Below are positions 1 to 8,966 of a DNA stretch of 20,000 bases, one piece after another. Source of the stretch: Hydrurus foetidus (Eukaryota); contig UYFQ01000263.1 in NCBI GenBank assembly GCA_900617105.1, forward strand, positions 53,009-73,008, written 5' to 3'. The notes beneath the pieces were generated by a model that worked only from the letters and a program-made list of their open reading frames with translations, ran no database searches and was not told the origin of the DNA. How positions within the stretch are numbered: the stretch's first letter is position 1; each line of letters opens with the position of its first letter. A program made the translations under genes and the position numbers.

Positions 1-340
1 GTCTGTATATTAACAGTGTGTGTGATGTGTGAGTAAGAGGTGATTATCCTACCAAAGCGATTAAGTATATGTTAAGAATAATGACATTGGGGAACTCCTA
101 AATAACTGGACTCATAAATGTAGTTTATGAGAAGGTTCATTAATATGGCATGTCACCGAATGAAGTAAATTTGAGTAACTAATTTTGATGTAATAAAATT
201 CATTCCAATTAATAAGTTTAAATTTTTGGAATGAAATATATTGACTTGTGTTGTTGACTAGGTTGTGGTTCTTAATTTTTACGACAAATATTGGATATTG
301 AGGACTCATAAAAGTAGTTGCAGAGCTATTATTTTCAACT

Positions 341-720
341 GAGTTGAGTTCTAGGTCCAAAAATAACCTGTAAATTATGTTTGTATACGGATAACTTGGC
401 TTCCATGCCTTTAGGCTAAATTAGAGAACAAAATTGGTTACTTTAGCGAGACAGAAATTTTTATTTTGAAAAGTCTCTGAATTATTAAAATGTCTCTCGT
501 AAATAGAGAAGACCTTGGACTTAATTCCAAACTTGGGGATCTTGTACCTTAATTAATTAAAAAAACCAAAAAAGAAAGAAACGAAACCGTCGAGAAATCT
601 TGAAGTGGACTTCGAAGATATTCAGCATACCTCTCAACTAATGTCTGCGCATGCACTACTTCACAGATTAAAGTACACTACTGAATTTTGCATGGTGACG
701 TCTTGAGTTGCAGTTAGGTT
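341..720 (+). repeat. Dispersed repeat, copy A (diverged direct copy at 15400-15770); possible subterminal/promoter region of an unidentified transposon family
   Basis: Collinear shared blocks with 15400-15770 at near-constant offset (~15,055): GAGyTGAGTTCTAGGTCC, TACGGATAAyTTGGCTTCmATGCCTTTAGGCTA, TAGAGAACAA, AGAAGAC, AAACGAAAC, GAGTTGCAGTT. Boundaries are approximate. Confidence 0.75.
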
Positions 721-1281
721 GAGAGATTATCGAAGGAGGACACACTGACGGGTGAGTGGCTGTGGTTGATTTGTCTAGAAGATGATTCGAGATTTGCGCA
801 GGCAACATTTACAAATTTGCCACTTACTGAATTAATTATTTGCGCCTAAAAACAGTCAAGATAAAAGAAGACCAAAGATTGTGGACATCTTGCCGAGGGT
901 CGTGGAAACTGTCATTGAGTGAACTTGAGGAAGGTAAATTTTGTAAAGCATCTTTGTTTAAGGTCCAATGTTTCAAAATTGAAGCATGCTTTATGGTGCC
1001 GATACGAAAAGTGCAATTTTATATGATATGGATGATGCAAGTTTTTATTGACCTGAAAATAAAATTTATTTACGTGCGTAAAGTAAATATGTAGAAAATA
1101 ATTATTTTGTAGATGAAGCTTTTATATTACTGCATTTGTGGGAAGAGAACTCATAATATAAAAAATCAGTACCAAAACGTAGGATTGGTATTGTTATGTA
1201 GTTTTTTATGACTGTTGTTTTGCATGGGGTCAGTTGTGTTTATTTGAGGAATGTATATTAAATTTTCATTCGGAGCGTCTC

Positions 1282-3077
1282 AATTAAATGCTGTGTAAAT
1301 TATTTTGATTACCAGTGATTAATATAAAGTCATACATCAATTAATGTTGAGTTTGTAATCATATGTTACAGGATATTTTAAGTGATGTATTAAGAAAGAA
1401 AAGGAAAATGGACGAAGTATGAGAATACTTGCCAAGGTGTGTAAGTAAATTTATCTTTTATCAATAATGTTATAATGCCTAAGTGTCCTAGGTTTGATAA
1501 ACATAGTGTAATATAATTATACCTATTATTTATGTTTGCGTTATTGTTTTGCATGGGGTCAGTTGTGTTTATTTGAGGAATGTATATAATATTTGTAATG
1601 TACTGCAATATGTAGTAGCTTAATATGATGACTTAGCATCTAATTAATATCAAATTACCATCTAATTTATAGAAGTATAATCTAAAGTGTGAAAAATCAC
1701 CATCTAATATTGATTTTTTTTTATTTTTTTTGCAGAATTGAAATTAAATGCTGTGTAAATTATTTTGATTACCAGTGATTAATATAAAGTCATACATCAA
1801 TTAATGTTGAATTTGTAATCATATGTTACAGGATATTTTAAGTGATGTCTTCAGAAAGAAAAGGAAAATGGACGAAGTATGAGAATACTTGCCAAGGTGT
1901 GTAAGTCATTTTATCTTTTATCAATAATGTTATAATGCCTAAGTGTCCTAGGTTTGATAAACATAGTGTAATATAATTATACCTATTATTTATGTTTTCG
2001 TTATTGTTTTGCATGGGGTCAGTTGTGTTTATTTGAGGAATGTATATAATATTTGTAATGTACTGCAATATGTAGTAGCTTAATATGATGACTTAGCATC
2101 TAATTAATATCAAATTACCATCTAATTTATAGAAGTATAATCTAAAGTGTGATAAATCACCATCTAATATTGATTTTTTTTAATAGCATAATTGAAATTA
2201 AATGCTGTGTAAATTATTTTGATTACCAGTGATTAATATAAAGTCATACATCAATTAATGTTGAATTTGTAATCATATGTTAGAGGATATTTTAAGTGAT
2301 GTATTAAGAAAGAAAAGGAAAATGGACGAAGTATGAGAATACTTGCCAAGGTGTGTAAGTAAATTTATCTTTTATCAATAATGTTATAATGCCTAAGTGT
2401 CCTAGGTTTGATAAACATAGTGTAATATAATTATACCTATTATTTATGTTTTCGTTATTGTTTTGCATGGGGTCAGTTGTGTTTATTTGAGGAATGTATA
2501 TAATATTTGTAATGTACTGCAATATGTAGTAGCTTAATATGATGACTTAGCATCTAATTAATATCAAATTACCATCTAATTTATAGAAGTATAATCTAAA
2601 GTGTGAAAAATCACCAACTAATATTGATTTTTTTTTAATGATTTTTTTAGCAGAATTGAAATTAAATGCTATGTAAATTATTTTGATTACCAGTGATTAA
2701 TATAAAGTCATACATCAATTAATGTTGAGTTTGTAATCATATGTTACAGGATATTTTAAGTGATGTATTAAGAAAGAAAAGGAAAATGGACGAAGTATGA
2801 GAATACTTGCCAAGGTGTGTAAGTAAATTTATCTTTTATCAATAATGTTATAATGCCTAAGTGTCCTAGGTTTGATAAACATAGTGTAATATAATTATAC
2901 CTATTATTTATGTTTTCGTTATTGTTTTGCATGGGGTCAGTTGTGTTTATTTGAGGAATGTATATAATATTTGTAATGTACTGCAATATGTAGTAGCTTA
3001 ATATGATGACTTAGCATCTAATTAATATCAAATTACCATCTAAATTATAGAGGTATAATCTAAAGTGTGATAAATCA
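1282..3077. repeat. Tandem array of four near-identical ~460-bp AT-rich units (last one truncated)
   Basis: Units start with AATTAAATGCT at 1282, 1742, 2196 and 2660 (periods 460, 454, 464). Length differences lie mainly in a poly-T junction. A ~45-bp internal fragment of the unit also occurs at ~1215-1257. The four near-identical 72-76 aa minus-strand ORFs reflect this repeat. Confidence 0.97.
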
Positions 3078-3240
3078 TTGGATGGATTTGCAGGTCAGGA
3101 TGGATAAAGCAGATTGCTTCCTTTCTATTTTGAATTCTGCAAATACGTCAAAATATGGAAACGACAAATTAGATAGATAAAATTTTAACTATTGTTACCC
3201 TGATGTAAAAATCAAAAAAAAAATTCTCTCGATCATCAAA

Positions 3241-3518
3241 CCTGAAACTTTTGGCTTTGATATCTCATCACCAGTCACTTTAGACTTCGTGAAGAGTCGC
3301 TTTCTCTCACTAAGTTGAAGAGCGTCATGACTGACCACATTTTCCTTTGGTAGAATTTGGAGTCCTTACATAAGAACTTCTACCGCTACTATGACGTGTT
3401 CATTGATGTTGTGACCGCAAAAATCACACATCATGAATTCACTGTCGTTCTGGAATCGCTGACAGTTCTTGGCGCAGTGGCCAACCCTAACGCATTTGCC
3501 ATGACGAAAGTCGTTCAT
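3241..3518 (-). pseudogene. Degenerate first exon of an unknown gene with an N-terminal Cys/His (putative zinc-binding) cluster
   Basis: Manual translation from ATG at 3518: MNDFRHGKCVRVGHCAKNCQRFQNDSEFMMCDFCGHNINEHVIVAVEVLM*GLQILPKENVVSHDALQLSERKRLFTKSKVTGDEISKPKVS. One in-frame TAA (3368-3366); possible GT donor at 3241. Confidence 0.45.
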
Positions 3519-3738
3519 TTTTCTATGAAATGTGAGGGAACGTTGATATCTCAGATGTAGTAATTAGCGTGACACTTTGTTCATGGTTACAGTATTGTTC
3601 AAGAAGAAGTCTAGGCAGAGCGGGTTCTCAAAGTGGGGCCTAGAAATTGGAAAATTCTCGAAGACGGAAATCCCGGGGAGTTTTTTTAAATCCCAGGGGG
3701 AGATTTCTTTTTGAATCGTTTGGCACGCCATAACTATA

Positions 3739-3795
3739 CCGTCGCCGTCCCTTTGTTTGCGGATTTCCCGTGACATAGGACTCCTTTCTGTCCGA
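3739..3795 (+). repeat. Left bipartite TIR: 25-bp outer arm, 3-bp spacer (TTT), 29-bp inner arm
   Basis: Outer arm 3739-3763; spacer 3764-3766; inner arm CCCGTGACATAGGACTCCTTTCTGTCCGA at 3767-3795. Confidence 0.92.
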
Positions 3796-4151
3796 TTTTC
3801 AGTTATTTGTAAATATCGAACAGCTATCATTCCGAGATATCAATATAAATGAGTTGACAACCGTGTTGCAAAGTGGCCAGAGTTTCTAACATGTGCATAA
3901 GGGTTCTCTGCAGTACTGAAGTATCAAATTGGAATGGTGAAAATCGATTGAGAAATCTCTGAAAACGTGATACCTATCAATATTTGTCATGATGATGTTT
4001 AGGACTATATAATGAGATATCCTACTGCTGTAGCCAACTTCTAAGATGACAGAAGGTTTCGTTTGTATATCTACTCTGACATTCGCGAATGTGCCGCAGG
4101 TCAGCATGCTCGCATCAATTAAAAATATAAATTTCTAACTATTATATCCAA

Positions 4152-6811
4152 TTGATGCAGATGACATCTCTTGCGGACGAGTTGTGCGCATATTCGGTCG
4201 CCATTGAGCTAATTTGTCGTCCTAGTCTGCCCTTGAACTACCAGTGGTCGATTGATGCTCTGACAGCACAGCTGCGGACCAACGATTTTGATGGAGATCA
4301 TAATTTTCGATTCGATGCATTGGCTTTGCATCAAGGCTTGTTCATGTTCAGGAAAACAGTCTAGCAACTAGGTTGCACCATTGTCAGTATGAACGTTAAA
4401 GGAGTAATGAGAATGGAAGCTTTCATGGACTTGGCAGCAAGGAGCAGGGGAGCAGACATTATTTTCTTGACAGAAAACTCGAATGCACTAAAATCACGTG
4501 ACTTTTTAGTTACAGAGGTGAGCAAGTTGGCTAGTAGACTTCTCAGTAAAACTATCAAAGTTTCATCAAAATACACATCAATAAGCGAGATTTATGGTGT
4601 GTTGTGGCTAAATCAGCTCCGCGACAGTGAAAAAGTAAATGTATCACTGAAGCGTAGAAAAAAAGGTGAAGAGATTGGTGATAGGCAGATGGGAAAATAT
4701 GGAAAGGAAGTATATGAGTATGTGTTAACAAAAATCTGTGCAGCAGATGAATCACCGACAATGTACATCAATGCAGCAGCTAAAGAATCTGCATTTAGAA
4801 GTACTGGTGCTTTAGAGGACGTGCGTTGCAACATCTTCAATGAGGATGACAACGACGGCTCTGTAACTGAGGCACAGATTTTCAGTCATCCTGCAGTGCG
4901 AGAAGTTTTTCGAAAGTTCCCTAACAAGAATGTAACATTTAAATTGCATCAGGTACAATTGGTTATAGCGCTATTTGATGCAGTTGGTACAGCTCGTAAT
5001 GACTTAGAGGGTGAGAAATACCATGCTAACAATGTTGTGACTGGCACACACACGAAGGAAATTCTCGTGAAGCATGCAAGATACTCTGAGCTAGTCGTAA
5101 AATCAATTATAAGATGAGTATTGAAAAGGGATGTTGTGAGAAAAATATCGGGCAGAAAAATTTCTGTAGAGTTCGAGGCCGATGTCTGGGGTAATTTGAT
5201 GATAAGTGAATTTGAGAAAACAAATGTAAGTTGCATCAAATTTTATTTACATGCAGTGCATCATCAAAGCCCTTTTAGGCAATGTATTCTTTTCTGTGAG
5301 AGTGTCGTGAATTAAGGCATGGTATGCATATATCTATCATAACATAAACCTAAGACGTACGTACGTCTCGTAACGTACATGCGTACATCTCGGCAGGTCG
5401 GAGGCACTATAACAGACGTTCCGCGCATTCCTGTGAGCGTCGCGTACACATATGCGATAATTGAACATGCTGCTATTAAGGTTCAAGCAAGTGATAGATG
5501 GATTAATGACGAAAAAATGAAACCCCTTCAGTTCAGTTCACATTGGGTGAGAAAGTTCCTGAAAAGAGCTAACATGAGAAGACGTAAAATAACTACTGAT
5601 GACAAAAATGTGCCATGAGATGAAGAAATAAGAAGAATAATGGAAATCGGTCAAAAAATGTACAAAGACTTTGGACACAATAAAGATACAACAATAAATA
5701 TGGATGAGACGGCTTTTACTTACGCGATAGGCCCGGAATACATGTACTGTCCACCAGACCAACAACGCGCCCAAAACATTGGTATCCCAAATATTCCTAT
5801 TATTCCTACGGATAAACATTTTGATTCCTACGGATAAAGACAGTTGTTGCGGTAAGTGGTAATGGTCTGTTTTTGCCTCTATTTGTCATAATTAAGCACT
5901 CAGTAAGCTCAGAAGAGAGGCCGGATCAGTCAGGAATGAGAGTCATTAGAGATCTCCATAGTAAGAACAAGGGATTTGGTGTTGACGATGGTTGGGATCT
6001 CATTAAATGGACAAAAGATTTGACAATAAAAGGTGTTACAAATACTCATGCGTGTTACTATATCATTAACAATGTTACAGGCAATGTCATAACAAGTCAG
6101 TACAAAGCATGGAATGACTCAATTAGAATGATAATTAAGCCATTAAAAGAGAAGTTAGGAAAGCTGATGATATGGTTTGATAGTTGTGGGTGCCATAAGA
6201 CAGCAATAGTAGATGAGGCAATTATAGAGTTAGGTGTACAGATAGCATGTTTACCCCCCAATATGACGGGCATTTTACAAGTGTTAGATTTGGTTGTTAA
6301 TGGACCACTAAAAGCACACACAAGAAATCTCAGAGGAGCTAGGATAGTGGAAAGTTTTCAAAAATTCGTAAAGGAATACAAAGAGGAGTCAGCAAAAGAT
6401 GTACATGAACGTGCGTTGCCTGTTTTCCAACCTCTTAAACCCTAAATGCTCCAAGGTATTCAGGATCTGTTTGATCTAATAGCTGGTGGATTCACAGAAC
6501 AAAAAATTGTTGATGGGGTTAAAAGGTCATTTGTGAGTACGGGATGCGTTCCAATTGATGAATCAGATGTGTCGGAACCAATATTTAAACAGTACTCAAA
6601 ACACAATGTATGTGGAACAATGAAAATCATACCCTCTGGAACTTCTGAATCTTGCAGTAGCATTGACAGTAGCATTGATCCTGCTGATATTGCATTAAAC
6701 GAATTAACAGGAGAAATACCAGGGCTCAATGTTATGTTAGAGTATGACAGTGCCATGTTAGCATATGATCATGAGATTACAGAGGCAATGAACTTTATCG
6801 CTAATTTGTGA
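4152..6811 (+). pseudogene. Pogo-like DD35D transposase with a long N-terminal extension and CENP-B-type HTH, interrupted by one intron and several lesions
   Basis: HTH-like FSSHWVRKFLKR; catalytic motifs NMDET (D at 5703), WFDSCGCH (D at 6179) and LPPNMT..LQVLD (D at 6287), with 35 residues between the 2nd and 3rd D. In-frame stops at 4362 (TAG), 5115 (TGA), 5616 (TGA) and 6443 (TAA). Local duplication at 5802-5838. True start not resolved. Confidence 0.9.
5226..5396 (+). other. Putative 171-bp spliceosomal intron in the transposase gene
   Basis: GTAAGT donor at 5226 and CAG acceptor ending at 5396. Removal joins ...EFEKTN to VGGTITD... in frame, upstream of the HTH motif. Confidence 0.7.
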
Positions 6812-6950
6812 TTCCATTTTGATTCGGAAAAAATAATGTGTCTTAAGAATAATAATTAGTTACATGTGATAAAGCATTCAAATTTTATTGAGAGATTTTT
6901 CTTACGACACATATCTGTAAATGCACACTTCTGCAGATTACGAGATTGAA

Positions 6951-7255
6951 TTAGCAATGTAGATGACTATCGTGAAAGAGGGATATCAGGTTGTGGTTGA
7001 ATTCTGCATCATTATTACTCAATATGACAACATTCAGTGCATAACCATTTCGGGCGTGTGAAGTGTCACCATCACACAAACAGCAGTCAAAGGTTACAGA
7101 GTGCAGCATATTTGATGCAGTAAGAAAATCTATCATGGGAGCTAGCTTAGCTGCCCACTCCCTCCGTAGATGTCCTATGTGCTCTCCAGGCTCATAATCT
7201 CCTTTGTTGCTGCCCTTCTTGTTGTCAGGTGCTACCACTTGAATACAGTTTGGAT
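6951..7255 (-). CDS. Possible terminal exon of an unknown passenger gene inside the pogo element, convergent with the transposase
   Basis: Pyrimidine-rich acceptor (TATTTTATCAG, AG at 7257-7256) followed by an open frame of ~100 codons, PNCIQVVAPDNKKGSNKGDYEPGEHIGHLRREWAAKL..., ending at the stop at 6951. No family recognised. Confidence 0.3.
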
Positions 7256-8125
7256 CTGATAAAATAGCATATTAAGTCACAGGATGAGTTCACAACTTAA
7301 ACGTCGACTGATCTACGATGACATTAATAACAAGAAAAGTGATAAAAGGCATTCTATTGAAGGATGAACACTTCTAAATGCGCAGATGTTCAGTCGAGAG
7401 GCAGGGAGGAATAGAAATGCTCTATCATATTGAGGTATAGACAGGGGAGAATACTACTGCACATTACAGCGATGTTTTCAAATTCTACGAGTAAGAAATA
7501 TACAGAAAATTTGAGCAGCAATTCGCCTCGTTCACCATCAGTGTTGAAATGTCAGATTCAATCAGCGATGAAAAGTTATAGCACTATCATATGAAAAAAT
7601 TCTCCCCGCCAAAAAAATCTCCGCAGTGAAATTCACTACTGCTAATCATGCGGATTGTGCATGTTCCGCTTCAGCCGGCAAATTGAGCCTTTCCTCACTT
7701 TGGTTCCTTCGTCCAGAAAAAAGAGTCCAGTGGCTCGGCAGTTGAAGTCGAGTATTCGCAGCATGGCTGTAATGTGAGATAATAGGTCAGAAGTCATCTC
7801 TAAAATCAACCAGACCTCGTGGCCTGCGGCACATTTCAAATTCGTTTCCATGTACAAATCATGAGATCAATCCGTCTAAGAAATGACGTTATCATGATCT
7901 ACTGAGAATTTGCTGAGCTCCAAACGTACCGTGTCGAAAACGATGACGACTTCTTTCGAAACTTCCAGCGATGCAGTCAGGTCTCAGACGGATAAAACCT
8001 TCGACGGAATTGATGCAGATATCAACAGCGACAAAACTCTCTACCCAGAATTGCAGAGTGAGCTTTTTTGATAATGTTGTGGTGCTGTGACTGCAAAAGC
8101 CTCATAATGGAGAATATACTTATCT

Positions 8126-8194
8126 TCGGACAAAAAGGAGTCCTATGTCACGGGTATACACTCGACCCCTCCGCAAACAAAGGGACGGCGACGG
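8126..8194 (-). repeat. Right bipartite TIR: 29-bp inner arm, 15-bp spacer, 25-bp outer arm
   Basis: Inner arm 8126-8154 (28/29 match to reverse complement of 3767-3795); spacer TATACACTCGACCCC at 8155-8169; outer arm 8170-8194 (25/25). Confidence 0.92.
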
Positions 8195-8203
8195 TGCGTG
8201 TTG

Positions 8204-8410
8204 TGTGGTCGTACCGGGTATACCGGGCCTACGGGCCGTACCGGACCTTGTCACGATCCACCCGATCCTTCCGCCTACAGTACACATACAGCCCTACCAC
8301 GACTAGCTAGCTAGCTGCAGCCTACTCGTAGAAGTTACCTAGCTTCTAGCATAGTCTGTAACCTAAGCACAACCCGCTCTCTTACCCATCTTCTTCCCAT
8401 CAGGACTACA
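8204..8410 (+). repeat. 5' LTR (207 bp)
   Basis: TGTGGTC...GACTACA. Differs from the 3' LTR by 3 substitutions and one 4-bp indel (GCAG). Confidence 0.97.
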
Positions 8411-8421
8411 ATAGCGCTATT
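8410..8421 (+). promoter_or_regulatory. Primer-binding-site position occupied by a 12-bp palindrome instead of a TGG-type tRNA PBS
   Basis: AATAGCGCTATT spans the last LTR base and the next 11 nt. No TGG directly follows the LTR. Priming function is inferred from position only. Confidence 0.5.
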
Positions 8422-8966
8422 CGTCCAACCTTTCTTCTACTACTTCTCAGTCCATCTACTTGTCCTCAACTTTTAGATAAGACTTCTGAGCGATCTATTG
8501 TCCGCCACGGCCGACTTCTTTTGCAGCTTTGAGCTCAGAGAACTTTAGTTTAAGTTAGAGAAAGTCAGCATACCTGCTTTCTTGGAATCCCTAAGCTTGG
8601 GCTCTTCCATTCTTTAAGTTTCCGGTCGAAGTCGAAAGATCCTTCCCGAGATTCATTAAAGACCTGCTCCGACGGTAGTTTGAATCACGGATTCATCACC
8701 GCTGACATAAGATTAGTCAAGAGACGTCTTTTTGTCGCTGAAAAGCAGCAGCTCATACCTTTAAAGGTACTCAAATTTTCTACCACTCAAAATTTGGCTC
8801 TTACGCCATTGGACTTTTCAGTTCAAGAGTTGGTTAGAATTCTCTAACGCGTTGTTACTGACGTTACAGTACCCGTTAGCGAACAAGGCAAACCCCTTGC
8901 AAAATTTTTTGACAACGGGGGATTGATCTCTGCTGTGTTTAAGCGAGATACATATCTAGTAACGAT

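Larger units (their letters stand above)
3739..8194 (+). mobile_element. Full-length pogo-like (Tc1/mariner-related, DD35D) DNA transposon, 4456 bp, decayed
   Basis: Inverted termini CCGTCGCCGTCCCTTTGTTTGCGGA at 3739-3763 and its exact reverse complement at 8170-8194. Left flank is TA (3737-3738); right flank is TG (8195-8196), possibly a mutated TA TSD. Encloses a DDE_1-type transposase pseudogene. Confidence 0.9.

Noticed and set aside
1390..2986. Four near-identical 72-76 aa minus-strand ORFs as a tandem gene family
   Set aside because: They arise from the AT-rich repeat unit, are I/N/Y-biased and show no recognisable motif.
1282..3077. Tandem array as a retrozyme or C/D snoRNA cluster
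   Set aside because: No hammerhead CTGANGA core found in the unit consensus. A C-box-like ATGATGA is present but no downstream CTGA D box.
3588..3610. TA-CAGT as the left TIR of the pogo element
   Set aside because: No inverted partner beyond 8 bp was found; the true TIR pair is 3739-3795 and 8126-8194.
4152..6811. Stop-codon reassignment to explain in-frame TAG/TGA/TAA
   Set aside because: The ~1800-codon Gag-Pol has no internal stops, and the transposase has other lesions (a duplication and a ~6-aa deletion relative to the second copy), so decay is the simpler explanation.
8151..8223. Shared 9-mer CGGGTATAC between the right TIR/spacer and the LTR start
   Set aside because: Too short to exclude chance, and integration has a clean TSD, so no homology is needed.
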